Shown here: piece after piece, positions 31,329-44,110 of the stretch
Layout of the letters: each line of letters starts with the position of its first letter
Numbering within the stretch: the first letter of the stretch is position 1
Assembly (NCBI GenBank): GCA_965112735.1
Contig: OZ218960.1
Coordinates: 868,001 to 932,000, forward strand
Origin: Phaeosaccion multiseriatum
Taxonomy: Eukaryota; Protista; Ochrophyta, other classes
Direction of reading: 5' to 3'
Length of the DNA: 64,000 bases
The notes under the pieces: model-generated
What the model saw: only the letters and a program-made list of their open reading frames with translations
Told to the model about the DNA's origin: nothing
Databases searched by the model: none
Program-made: the position numbers and the translations under genes

Positions 31329-34300
31329 TCACGTCTTCTTCTGCTCCTGTCGAACCAAATCTCTGCACTTCTCATTGCAGCTCCGTATGCCGTTGAGATA
31401 CTGGGCCTTGTTGCATGCCGACAGAAAGACCTGCCCCTCTAGCTTCTCTGCGAATTGCTTGGTCGACGCAAAGCCCTCCACTTCCGACACGGCCCCCCGG
31501 GAGAGCGTTTCTAACATCTTCTCCACGTGACGAACCCTGTGCTGTACCGAGTGGCCTATTGCCTTGCCGGCCGTGTCGTCTTCTCGCAGGAGGTTCACCT
31601 GCAGGGTGCCGCCACTCTTGCCCGCTGCTCCTGCCCTCCCTGCTTCTGCTCTTGCTGCTGCTGCTGCTCCTGCTGCTGCTCCTGCTGCTCCTCCTACTAT
31701 TGCTGAAGCTGAAGCTGCGTCTGAGGCGCCCTTCTTGGTGCTGCTCTTTGAAAAGAAGCTCTGGATCGCGACTTGCTTGGGTGTTGCTTTGAGCACCTTG
31801 GTTCTAACGTCTGTACGCCGCACAATAAAACGTACACACACGAAGTGGAGGAAGGAGAGGGAAGGAGAGACAAAGAGAGACTGTCAGAGAGATAAGAGAG
31901 AGGGAGAGAGAGAGGGAGAGAGAGAAACAAGGAGAGTAAAGAAAGAGATAGAAGACGGGGGAGAGGACGAGTGGGCGTGTGCGTGTTCGAGAGAGAGACA
32001 GACTGACAGACAAAACCAAGAGAGGGAGAGAGAGAGAGAGAGGGACTGTGAGTTGGCAGGCTGCTGCCCAGCAATCATAAGGGGAAATCTCACCTTGGTG
32101 CTCAAGAGTAGTTCTGGCGACAGGCACTTTGCGTCGCTGCTTCTGCTGCTGCTCGCCCATCACTGGCGCCACAGGCCTGCCTGTGCTACTCTTGAAGCGC
32201 TTTCCCTGCCCCCCATCCGTACTGCTCCTGCTGCTCTGGTTTGCTGCAAGCAGCTCCTTGGCACTCATGAAACTGACCTTCTTCTTCGCAGCACCAGCAC
32301 CACCGACGGCGGTGGTGGACTTTGCCTTTGCCATTGCCCTTGCCTTTGCCTTTGCCACGGGAGCTGCGGACCTGGTACTGCTGGCTGCAGCAGAGACCCG
32401 TTGCTGCTCCTCCAGCTTCTCTAGCTCGTCCCACCAGTCACCTTCGCTGGCGAAACTCTCCACCCTGAGAGTGGGGTCGACTGCCGAAAAGTCTTCCTCG
32501 TTCAACGCGTCTTCGTCTTGCCCGTTGAAGCAATCCTCCTCATCCTCATCTTCTCTTCCGTACCCCGCCAGCGAAGCCCCTACCATGCCCATATCATTGT
32601 CCGCCGCTGATGACGAGGACTCCTGGTGGTATGAGTTGGGCTCCAGGAGGCCCATCTTCTTACTCTGCAAATGGGTGGCGTTGAGACCCGCGACTGTCGT
32701 ATCGCCACAACAGTCGCAGCACTTGCTCCCTCTGGGCGCCGTGGCAGGCAGTGTCTTTTGGCCAAAGTGGCTGAGAAGCGCCCGTCTGCGGCAACCTTGG
32801 CCTTCGCAGTAGGCAATCATGGCGTCCAAGCTCTGCTTCTTCTGTTCCTGCACTTTACACTCCTTCTGGACCTTTTTCGAGTCCTCCCCGTGCTCTACTT
32901 GCGCCTTGGCCACCTTCTCTTTCGCCTCCTTGTTGACGAGAAAGTGGAGTCGACTAGCGTCACGTAGACTGTAGTACAATCGATGCTGCGCTGCCTTGCC
33001 GTCCCTCCCCGCCCGACCGAGCTCTTGGTAGCACGCCTCCAGGTTCTTGGGAACATTCCAATGCACCACATACCCTACATCGGACTTGTCGATTCCCATG
33101 CCAAAGGCCAGAGTCGCACACATGATTGGGGCCTGCCCCTCCATCCATCTGGCAAAGTTGTTCTTTCGTGCGGCCTTGCTCATCTTGCCGTGATAGGCAA
33201 GGGCATGGAGACCTTGCCTCACGAGCCCTGCTGCAAGCTCCTCACACTCGGTCTGCTTCAGGGCGTAGACGATGCCAGACTTGGTCTTGTTCTGCTCCAG
33301 AAAGGCAATCAAGTCAGCCTGTCGCAAGGGGAAGAACGGAAGCAAGGAGGAAGGAGGGGAGGGATGGAAAGATGGAAGGAGGGAGGGAGGGAGGAAGAAA
33401 GGAAGGGGGAGGAAGGGAGGAAAGGGACGAAGGAAGGAAGGAGTGAGTTGGGGGCGAAGGGGTGGGAGGGAGGGGAGAGAGGTAGGACGGTCTCAGAAAG
33501 AAGCATATAGGCAAAATATAAAACAGGTAGGCAGAGGAAGGGAGGAGGGAGGCAGAGGAAGAGAGGGGCTCCGACTTATGTACCTGGGGGTCAGCGATGA
33601 GGTCGGACAGAACGACATGGAGCGATATATTGGGCCGATCAAAGCTCTCGTCGAAGAGCTTTGTCTGCTTGGAGAAGCGAAGCACCTTGGCAATATCCTT
33701 CACGACCTTCTCCGTCGCTGTAGCAGTGAGGGCAATGCAGGGGGCGTTGACGAGGACAGAGGCGCGCACAGCGCCGAGGCGTCGATAGGCTGGCCTGAGG
33801 GAGGGAGGGAGGGAGGGAGGAAGGGAAAGGAAGGACGGGGTGGTGCGCGTTGGAAAGCTCAGCAGTCGCCAGAAGGAGGGGGCGGGAAAAGGCAACGCCT
33901 CCCGCCTCCCTGGCGATAGTAACTGGGTGTGTGATAACCTATATATATATAATATATGTATACATAACGACTAGCCCCAACCCGAACCCCAAGCCAACTA
34001 ACCACGTGTCTGCTGTGCGGTTACCTGAAGTCGTGTCCGTAGCTGGAGATGCAGTGTGCCTGGACGAGGAGGAGGAGGAGGAGGGGAAGAAGGAGAAGAA
34101 GAAGAAGAAGAAGAAGAAGAAGAAGAAGAAGAAGAAGAAGAAGAAGAAGAAGAAGAAGAAGAAGAAGAAGAAGAAGAAGAAGGCGTCATTCACCACTGCT
34201 GTGACACTCTGCATGGCCATCGCCACCACCACAGTCCGAGGCTGTGAGGCCCTCGAGGCCTAACCACACATTTCCATATGACTTGCCTTTACTCCCTACT

Positions 34301-35170
34301 CACTTCGTCAATGGCAATCAAGCTGACTAATTTCTTGGCGTCCAAGTTTCGAAGGGCCTGTCCGAGTCTCTTAGACGCACTTAGCATCTCAGGGGTGGTG
34401 AACAGGAGCTTGGTCCTGGGCTTGCCCTCCTTTCTCTCCAGATCACTGAAAATGTCTTGTTGCTCCCTCTTTGGTATGGAGGAGTTCAACGCTTGCGTGG
34501 TTAAGCCCTTCGCCCGGAGGGAGGTCACCTATGGTACACCGTAAAGGACGGGAATACAGCGTAAGAAAGGGGGTCAGCCGAGACCGGAGGAGAGCGGCGT
34601 GCATGCAACACGCTCATTGGCGAAGCGTCCTGTAGAGTGGAAAGACGTTGATAACCCTTCCCTTTTGTCTCCACCCCCCTCCTGACTCACCTGATCCTGT
34701 ATGAGAGCAATCAGCGGCGACACCACAATGGCAACTCCCTCCAGAGCCAAGGCGGGAGCCTGGTAGCACACAGACTTGCCGCGTCCCGTGGGGAGCAGGG
34801 CGAAGACGTCTCTGCCGTTCATCAGCTCCATGCAGATGGCCTGCTGATGGCTCCTGAACGATTCGTGGCCATGCCTACGAAGCGCGGCGAGCAGCAGCTC
34901 CACCTGGGCTTCCTGAGAGCGGTTAGCAACAGCTCCACTCTGCGCACTACCCGCAATCAACCCTTGCCCTTGCCCTTGCACCTGGCTTCCTACGTATCCC
35001 CTGCTCAAGCGGGGTTCCCCTCCCTCAGCGAAGTTGGCCTTCCCCTGCTTCTCCGTCTTCTTCCTTCTCTTTTCCCGTTGGGGTTCCAGCCGAGAAGGCG
35101 GAGCGGGGATTGGCCTCTTCCCAGGGGTAGCAGCGGAAAAAATCGCCGCCAATCCCTTAGCAGAAGCCAT
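31329..35170 (-). CDS. RecQ-family DNA helicase (RECQL5-like; Zn-binding RQC cysteines and a C-terminal helical KIX/IRI-like segment)
   Basis: LLPTGRGKSVCYQAPA, VVSPLIALIQDQ, IAIDE|AHCISSYGHDFR, ALTATAT, AYHGKM, ATLAFGMGIDKSDV, YQELGRAGRDG, YCE..CRRRALLSHFG..CCDCC. Confidence 0.92.
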
Positions 35171-35353
35171 GCCCAGCTCTATAGCCCGGAAGTACCTCTG
35201 ACACCCCTCCTCCTCCTCCCTTTTGCAGCGACGCAGACGCGGGAATGAGTGATCGAGTGGTTATACGGACTTGCTTGTCACAGATGGCTCCCTCAAACGC
35301 CCTTCATCATTTCCCTTCATCTCCCCTTCCTTGCAACTGCGGCGACCGCAAAT

Positions 35354-36062
35354 ATGAGCCTCCTGGATATGGAGTGGCTGCCCAGCCTGCTTATCTCGTA
35401 CCTACTGCCTTCAGGTTTGCATTGGGAAGGACCGCATTCACACCACTTGTTTTCTTCTCAACTCCTTCTCCTCCCTCCCTCAACCCGCTCAGATCTCGTC
35501 AGCATTTCTCTTTCCTCGACGGAGGGCTACCAGCGCTTCTACACTCAGCGAGGGTGGAGCATCCTTCGACGCGCTGTAGGAGGGGGGGCGGCAGGAGAGG
35601 GAGGACAAGGGGGCCGCCGAGGCGGCGGCAAAGGTGAGAAGACCTTCTCCCCCTTTGTGTCTCGTACCTACACTCTGCTACACCCGCTCATCGAGCTCAA
35701 GTCTCCCTCATTCCTCTGTGCTCCTCCCCTTCCATCTGATGCCCCGCAGGCCGCGGAAAGAAGTCGGAGAGGCAGCAGCAGGTGCAGCTTCGGGGTCTTC
35801 ACCGCTGGTGGGCGGATGAGATGCGCCAGCGTAGACAGGCGCTTCTGGCTAGGCATGTCTCGGGTAAGAGCGTCCTCGAAGGCCGAAAGGAAGGGAGCAG
35901 GATTCTTTGGTGGGGAGAAGATCCGTTTTCAAGGGATGGGTGGTGCAAAAAGCTCGCCTGACAAACCAAAGGGGTGGGGGGTGTATACCAGCCTTGACTT
36001 GGAGACCTTTGGATGTGCCCCGCCGTCATGCCGCCTTTTTGCTCTTCTGTGATACCTCTGTT

Positions 36063-36098
<36 letters not shown>

Positions 36099-36418
36099 TG
36101 CGTGCGTGCGCAGACTGCAGACAGGCCGAGCGACAGTTTCTCCTCTTGACCGCAGCGGACACCCTGAGCTGGCACCGCAAACAGCTCCAGCAGCACCGAC
36201 AAACCACGACCACGTGTTCCCACGACGGCATTCGCCTTTATCTCACGCGCGGAGGACTCCCACCGAATGCTCCTCGTGACAACGCGTATCTAGGGAGTAG
36301 CGGCCGCAGTGCAGGTGCGAATTGTAGGCTGCTCCACCCCGGGGAGAGCTGCGCTGCCTGTGGACAGGCCATCCAGGGCCTGCGTTACCGTTGCGCACTC
36401 TGTCAACAGCAGCAGCAA

Positions 36419-36450
<32 letters not shown>

Positions 36451-36999
36451 GCACACACAGCAGTGTGTGGTACAACAGCCTTCTCGTGGTGTCGTAGACA
36501 ACGACGACAGCAGCAGCAGCAGCAGCAGCAGCAGTAGCACCGCCGCGCACCGGGTAGTGAAGGGTAAACAGCAGAAGGACATGGGCGGAAGAAGCCGGCG
36601 GGCCAGGAGAGCCTCGGGCAGCAGCAGTAGGAGCAGCAGCAGCAGCAGCAGCTATTGCGAGCCTTGCTTCCGCTCCGGGAAGGCCCGGGGTCACTGGCGG
36701 CATCCGTTCGTGGCTCTACCCCCGGGCTTTGCCAGCCCCCAGTTGGGGCGTGAGACCCAATACCAGGCCATGTGAGTGAGTGAGTGAGTGAGTGAGTGAG
36801 TGAGTGAGTGAGTGAGTGAGTGAGTGAGTGAGCGAGGGAGGGAGGGAGAATGAGGCATGGGACACACCGCACCTGGGCGCGGTTGTTCCCTCTCCGCTCT
36901 CTCTCTCTCTGGCATGTTCGCATTTATTCCCATGGCATGCCCATCTCCATGACACTTGTGGTTAGTCTAGGCACTTCTCAGCTGCCACCTCTCTCATCC

Positions 37000-37057
<58 letters not shown>

Positions 37058-37455
37058 GCCACTGCTCCTACTTGTTCCGCGCTTGACTCCTCTCTCAACG
37101 TACTTCTCCTTTCAGCTGCCCCGACTGTGTGTCCGGCTGCGTGGTCATCGTCCGTCCGCTAAAGGCGTGGGAATCTCCTCAGCTGCCGGCGGCGGGCGCA
37201 ACAGCTGCCAAGGCCAAGACGAGGCAAGGCTGCTGGCCTAGTGGACCATCATCATCATCGTCGTCATCACCATCGCCTTCTCCTGCTTCTCCTCCTCCTT
37301 CGCCCTCGCCTCCTCCTGTGCCCTTGTGGCTGAGGGCCAACCCGCGACTTGACCTCCCGCTGTCCATGCGCTTCGTGGCTTTTGTGGCCACCTCCCAGGT
37401 CAGGCATCGCCTCGCTGATGCGTCTGGCAAAGATCTCGCCTATGGCCATGGCTGA
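35354..37455 (+). CDS. Protein with F-box-like N-terminus and ZZ-type zinc finger
   Basis: N-terminal LDMEWLPSLLISYLLPS|DLVSISLSS; HPGESCAACGQAIQGLRYRCALC...YCEPCFRSG..HWRHPF ZZ signature in exon about 36121-36771. Confidence 0.65.
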
Positions 37456-38500
37456 TGGAGGTGCAGCAGCCTCGCTTTTTTCTTCCTCTCCCTTTAACAC
37501 TCGATTTCCATTAAATAGAGAGAGTAGACTATATATATAATTGCAATAAGAAGAGAGCGATTGACATGTAGACTTTCATAGTGTTGCCTTGTGTACCCCT
37601 CGGAAGTAAGAGCTCCAAGGCCGCCTTGAAGGATCAAGACAATAGACATGACCGCGCTGCCCTCTCTTTGAACATGTTGGGGTGTGACACAGGGCCCAAT
37701 TCCAACCACTGCAGCTTTGCGCTTGCACGAAAGTCATGGAGCCTCGGCTCGTCCGAGGTAGGTCGACAGAGCATACCTACCAACCCACCAACCTTACCCC
37801 CTGCCCAGGGGAGGGGAGAACAAAGGGGGTGAGCCAGCACCACCACAGCATCACCACAGTACCACCACAGCGGACGGTTCGTTGCCTTCCACCCGTCTGT
37901 CGCTAGTGTGCCTCTCGTGTAGCTCGGCGACCCACAAGCATTAAAGTAGGTCCTCTCTAGTCCTTGATCTTGGCTCCATGTCCGTTGCTGGCGGGGCTCT
38001 CGTGTGGGTCGGCGACCGACGAGGACTCACATGACCACACAAAAAACAGAGGACGTACTTTGAAAAACCCTCCGAGCCTGCCTCAACGCTCCTCATCCCA
38101 CTGCCACCCACGCGCCCACAGAGAGGGGAGAGCTGCAAGCTGATAGGTACGCACCCCTCTCCCCTCCTTCAGTGCCGCCGATTCACAGCCGACTTCATGT
38201 ACGTGCGCGCGTGCGTGCGTGCGTGCGTGCGCGCCGTGCAGCAGCGGCAGGTACCGTGTGGTCGCATTGTGTGCGTTTTGGCAACGCTTCCCTTCGCAAG
38301 ATCTGGCCTCATGTGGATAATGTCAACATCCCCCACCTATCTGCCCAACCCAACGAAGTTACTCCAGAGCAGTCCTCCTCTCGCATCCATGCAGTCCACC
38401 CCCCTCCTTCCTGACCACCCTTTCAGGGCCCTTTGCTGTGATGGAGCTTCGCTGACTGCTGCTGCGACTGCCCCCCCCCTCATGAGGAAGGGGAGGAGAC

Positions 38501-40436
38501 TCAGAGGAACATTCTAGGGAGCATCATCACCAGCAGCATGACGGCAGCCATGGTGTTGCCCTGCAGGCCATTGAGAATAGAAGAGAGAGAAACGGAGATG
38601 AGAGTTAGAGAGAGAAAGAAGAGAGGGATAGGACACAGAGAAACAAGAGAGCACCGAAAGAAATAGAAAGAAAACGGGTGAATGAACACGAAGAGAGAGA
38701 GGCATACAGGGAGAACAGGGACACACACACACATATATATATATATATATGTATGTAAAAAAAAGGAAAAGAGATAGAGGGAGAGAGAGGACGTGGGAAA
38801 TACTAAAGCGGTCTGCCATCTCCAATGTCCTGTTCCATGCACGACTCCACTCCTTCCTTCCTGAATGTCCGCCAACTTCCGCACTGGGGCTCACACTCAC
38901 CTTTACGAACATGAAGATGGACATGGCAAAGAAAATGGCCAACTGAAGAGAGCACAACGCGGGAGAGACGGGTAGAGCGAAGACAGGGGGAGACGGGCAG
39001 GCTTTCAAATACAGAGGAAGCTAAGTTTGTAACCATTGACCTCCATCTATCTTCTATATATACATATATAAAACACACATATATAAATAATATATAATAT
39101 ATACACATATATAATCCTTTCCTCAAATCTCTCAAACCATTGGGCTCTTCTTCTCCCCCTACACGCGGGGGGGGGGGGGGGGGGGAGAAGCATGATCCGC
39201 AGCCGCCCGTCCTCCTCATCCAGCAGTCGCCATGCCAGTCTGCCTTACCCGAATATGCTTGCTCGCTCTCTTGGGGCCTGCGTCCTCTCCCGGCATCATG
39301 GTCATCCTGAGGCACCGACAGACAGGGAGACAGAGAGATACAAACAGACACAGAGATCAACAGACAGACACTCAGACAGAACAGGGATATATCTTTCATG
39401 GGCAGATTGACAGATATATTGACACAAAACAGATGCAAGCTTAGATAGAGAGAGAAGAAAAAAAAAAAAAAGGAGACGCGCGTGGGGGTAGGCAGATAAA
39501 TCGACGCACCATTTCGCCAGAACCTCCTCCACCTTATCCGGGTCGATATCACTCCTTCCATTGGCCGTGCGTATGACGCCCTCAGGAGTAAACACCACCA
39601 AAGCCGCTGAACCGGAGGTGGCGAATCATGATAGCAGGGGAGAGCGGGGGTGGAGCATGCGCATGGTTAGTCCAACGCGGAAATGAGAAGAATCGCGACA
39701 CATAAGGACATGTCTTCCGCTATACATTTGGATGAAGAGGAGGAGGGATTAGCAGTGGGTTGGCTCCAGAGCGACTCACGTATACCGTTGACATTGCATG
39801 CCCGCTCCAGCTGCGTTCTATTGGCCTCCTCTTCGTAGGGGATGGCGAGCCTGCCGCAAGAAGCGAGGTAGTGAGGTGACGGCCAATGCTAAGGAGGGTC
39901 AGACGGGTGGGGCTGGGTTAAAAGCCCACCCAAAGTGGGGTGAAGTATTGTTATGGCCACGTGAGTTCCCAAATCTCTCCACCTCCCAAGCCCCCCCCTC
40001 GTTCGCATTCCTCCCCGTCTCCCTCCCTCTCGGGCGCACCAGGGCATTTTTTCAAAGTATTTTTCGAAGCTGGCCCCGTCCGCGTCTTTGCTCACGAACA
40101 CAATCTCCAGCTGTCCCGGGCATTTCTTCTGGGCTGCGTTGTAGAAGTTGGTGAGGATGGGAGTAAATCCTCGACAGGGGGCGCACCAGCTGGCCGAGAA
40201 GTAGACTGCGACCAACTGCGTAGCGACAAGGATAAAGAGGGTAGGTTTGGCATTAGAAAGTGGAGGACTTGGCACCCAAGTATATGGGGAATGGCTTGCA
40301 TACTCCTCACCCTCCTGTCTCCAAGCGCCTTCTCCAGGTTCACCGCTTTGCCCTTTGGCTTTGCGATCAACTTCTCCCCGAAGAGAAGCTCATAGACGCG
40401 TCTCGGCTCCATCTGTTCATCTTCGTTATCGCTCAT
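38501..40436 (-). CDS. Nucleoredoxin/tryparedoxin-like thioredoxin-fold protein (WCAPC) with C-terminal hydrophobic segments
   Basis: LVAVYFSASWCAPCRGFTPILTNFY..LEIVFVSKD..FEKYFEKMPW|LAIPY..; LVVFTPEGVIRTANGR; terminal exons LAIFFAMSIFMFVK and MAAVMLLVMMLPRMFL*. Confidence 0.85.
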
Positions 40437-40560
40437 GATGAGAAAGCCCAAGCTCTGATATCAAGCCTGTTAATGTAGAGAGAGAAGTGGGAGGATAGAG
40501 ATGATGAAGAGGTGAAATTAAAATTCAGAGCCGTAGATATTTTTTCGCTTTTCCAAAGAC

Positions 40561-40658
40561 AGAGAGACACTTAAGAGGAAAGAGAGAGCGAGAGAGAGAG
40601 AGAAAGAACGAGAGAGAGAGAGAGAGAGAGAGAGAAAGAACGAGAGAGCGAGAGCGAG

Positions 40659-40753
<95 letters not shown>
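40561..40753. repeat. (GA)n tract in the divergent intergenic region between the nucleoredoxin-like gene and SpoU paralog B
   Basis: Direct reading. Confidence 0.9.
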
Positions 40754-40756
<3 letters not shown>

Positions 40757-40764
40757 TCCACGCA

Positions 40765-43327
40765 ATGCGAAAAAAAGGCATACTTGCCGAAGCATTCCCT
40801 CCCACAGCCCCTCCCCGTCCTGATCCGCACGCGCTTTGGACAGATGCTGGGGACGAGCATGGAGCGGGTTTGGCTGAAGGGGTGGGCGGGAGCTGGCAGA
40901 AAGGCAGGTTCAGCATCGCGCTCCGGCCGGGTGAGATTGTTATTACGCCCTCCCTCAAAAGCGCTCTTGGGCCGTTTTTGCAGGACTTGGAGGCGGGGGT
41001 GGGTTTACTTCAGCCCCTGAATAGCGGCGTGGCGCTGTGGATGGGGGTGCGAAGCAACCCACAGCCCTCGCTCTCCATGGCATTGGGAAAGGGCAACATC
41101 GCTCTCGGGCCCGGGCAAGAAATCGGGCTATGGCTCGAGCGAAGAGAGGGCGAAGACGGGCTGGGAGAGGGGGCGAGGGAGAACGAGGGCAGCGAAGGAG
41201 GGGCGGTCGACTCGAATAATGAGGCTCGAAGTGAGGCTGGCTCGATACGGTATGACTTCTGCTTCACGTGGGCGGCCTCGGAAGAAGAGGATGAGCAATA
41301 CGATTACCAGTATTCCCCTGTCCATCTAGATGGGCTTGGAAAGGGAGATAGTTCAGTAACAGCAGAAGGTGAAGGAGGAGAGGAGGATGGAAGTGGCACC
41401 AGTCGTGGCAATGGCCATGTAGTGGGGGAGCTCAGGCCTCTGGCAGCTGAGTCCATGAAGCGACAAGTCGCGCTGCAAAAAGCGCTGAAGGATGTGGGCA
41501 TTGATCCACACGAGCTGTGCCATTCGGACGAGTTCTTTGGGACGAGGTGAGAGAGAGAGAGCTCTGAAGGAGGAGGATGGGAGCAGAGCATTGACATGGA
41601 AGAAGAGACAGGACGAATGTGGGGAGGAGGTGGGAGGGGGGGGAGAAGGGTGGGGAAAGGGGGAGAGAGATGTGTAAGTCGGGACAGCAGTAGAAGACTA
41701 AAGGGTTCATGATGAAAGTAGCTGCAGAAGTAGACGGGGCGGGCGGGCAGGAGGGAGAATAGTAGAAGAGGGAGAAGGAGAAGGACCAGGGCGGGCAAGC
41801 CTGTAAAAGACCAAGTCCACGATGACCTACACCGTGTCAGGCGGACGAGGGGGTATACACTTAGTGTCCTTAGTAATGTGTGTGAGCATACTCTTTCAGT
41901 CTCTTATCAAGTTGTCTCTTCCAACCTATCCCCCCGCTACCCACATGCCATTCCCACATGGTGCCTTGTCTCAGTGCCCTAAAGGTGTTCAACAGCTTCG
42001 TGCGACCCAGGGCCAGCAAGCTAGATGCCGTCCTCTCTGAGCCGGCGGAGAGGGGAGCGGCAAGAACCGCCCATCAGGTCAGGCGGCAGAGCACACAGCT
42101 ACTCGTATGATTACGTAAGCTGCTCATACTCACTGTGTACTGTACACATCTGGGTGTGTGTGTGTGTATGTATGTGTGTAGGCGTGACATTCAAGGCGTA
42201 AGAGCTGTCTCCTTCGTGCTCAGTATCCTTCCCCTCTCTCCCTCCCCCCGTGTCCACACCCACCTCCCCTCCCTTTCCTTTCGTTTTTTTGGCGTTTCAT
42301 CAGATTGCCTTCTTAATACGCCGGCATAATGCCGACCGGGCTGAGTCTCTGCGCAACAAGGACCGAGCGCTCGAGTCCGCCCTGGAGAGGAAGTGGAAAC
42401 CCTTCCCCATCACGGTGGTGGCCGACAACATCCGCTCTGCCTACAATGTAAGGAGACGCACTCTTGGCGACTGACTCGGAGAGGGAGGACGTGCTTGGGC
42501 CTTGCGCATGCAGTGAGTGGGCTGTCGTGCTTTTCTGGTGTCGCCACAAATGCTCTAATTTGACCCGAAACGCATCCCCTTCTTCCCCTCCTGTCCAATG
42601 GCCCGCCTGTGTACACACACACACACACGCGCGCGCGCGCGCGCGCACGCACCGCTTGCTCAGGTCGGCTCTCTCTTCCGGACTGCAGACACCGCTGGAG
42701 TTGCAGAGGTGAGGGTTTTCCGAGGAAGGGGAGAGTATGCCCCACCCTCCAAACCACCCACCGACCCACCCACCACTCCGCCTGCCCCTCCTGTCCATCC
42801 ATGCGCTTGTCTTGTGGCCAATCACACGTGAATCGCACTCACCCCAGGTGGTGACCACTGGCCTGTCCCCCCACCCCAACGGCCACGGCGACAAGAAGCT
42901 CCGCAAGACGGCCTTCAGCGCCCTCGACACCGTCCCCAGCAGGCACTTTGAGTCCACGGCCGACGCCATTTGCAAGCTGCGTGCCGAGGGCTGCGCCGTG
43001 TACTGCCTGGAGACCACCACCACTGCCGTGAACCTGTTCGAGCTCGAGCTACCCCGGGACCGGCCCGTGGCCATGGTGTTTGGGAACGAGGTGACGGGCG
43101 TGGATCAGAAGGTGTTGGAGCTGTGCGACGCGGTGGTGGAGGTGCCCGTGTTCGGCGTCAAGAACAGCCTCAATGTGGCCTCCGTCGCCGCCGTCGTGGT
43201 GTACGAGGTGGTGAGGAAGTGGGGAGGAGCAGGGGGAGGAGGAGGCACAGAAGCAGTGGGCGGTGAGGAGGTAGTAGTCGGAGGAGCCGACGTAGAATCA
43301 GTAGGTAATGGGGAAACCGTGTCTTAA
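40765..43327 (+). CDS. SpoU/TrmH-family SPOUT RNA methyltransferase, paralog B (inverted relative to paralog A)
   Basis: Same SpoU motifs as paralog A. Exons about 40765-41547, 41975-42076, 42304-42448, 42664-42708 and 42848-43327. Confidence 0.85.
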
Positions 43328-43334
43328 TGATTAA

Positions 43335-44110
43335 GAAGGTCGGCCCCAGGCGAGGTTTCTCTGGCTTCTGGATTCTGGGCGGTAGGCCCCTCCTGGCTTC
43401 GGGCTTCTGGCCGCAGGCCAGCGCTGGCTTCTCGGCTTCCGGCCGTAGGCCGCCTCTGACTTCTGTCTTTTCGCTCTTTCCCGCTGGTGACTGGCTTCTG
43501 CTGGTCGCAGCCCAACCGCTGGCTTCTCGGCTTTCGGCCGCAGACCCCTCTTTTCGACCCCTGACGCACTATCGCCCACATTCTTGCGCTATCCGCTATC
43601 GCCGGCGCCAGCCGATCCGCTATCGGATAGGGGGTAATAATGGGGTTGATTGTTCGCTGTGTCGATGTGATGTGATGTGATGTGCCTCCCACTCAACCCC
43701 TGATACACTATCGCCCACATTCTCGATAGTCGACCCCTGACACACTATCGCCCACATTCTCGATAGCGCGCTATCGCCCCCCCCGGGGGCCGATAGGGGG
43801 GGCCGATAGCGCGGCCGATAGCGGATAGCGTGCCGGCTGGCGCCGGCCGATAGCGGATAGCGCGCCGGCTGGCGCCGGCCGATAGCGGATAGCGCGCCGG
43901 CTGGCGCCGGCGATAGCGGATAGCGGATAGTGTGTCAGGGGTCGATCCGATAGCGTGCGATCGGGCCCCGGGGGGGCGGATAGCGGATACCGGCGATAGC
44001 GGATACCGGCGATAGCGGATAGCGTGTCGGCTGTGTCGGCGATAGCGGATAGTGCCGGCTGGCGCGCCGTATCAAAGTTTTTCCCCCGGGGAACCCACGT
44101 AAGCTTCTGA
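43335..44110. repeat. Complex repeat block: GGCTTC-rich repeats, three ~30-bp direct repeats, GATAGCG arrays and a 20-bp perfect inverted repeat; possible non-autonomous transposon remnant
   Basis: CCCCTGA..CACTATCGCCCACATTCT at about 43558, 43697 and 43735; TCGACCCCTGACACACTATC (43730-43749) inverted at 43926-43945; 32-bp unit x3 at 43817-43911. Confidence 0.7.

Noticed and set aside
27795-43327. SpoU inverted repeats as terminal inverted repeats of a large transposon
   Set aside because: The repeats are internal parts of two intact spliced genes; no transposase or TSD is seen.
43554-43770. Three ~30-bp direct repeats as a mini-CRISPR
   Set aside because: Spacing is irregular (about 140 and 38 bp) and the repeats are embedded in a larger repeat element.
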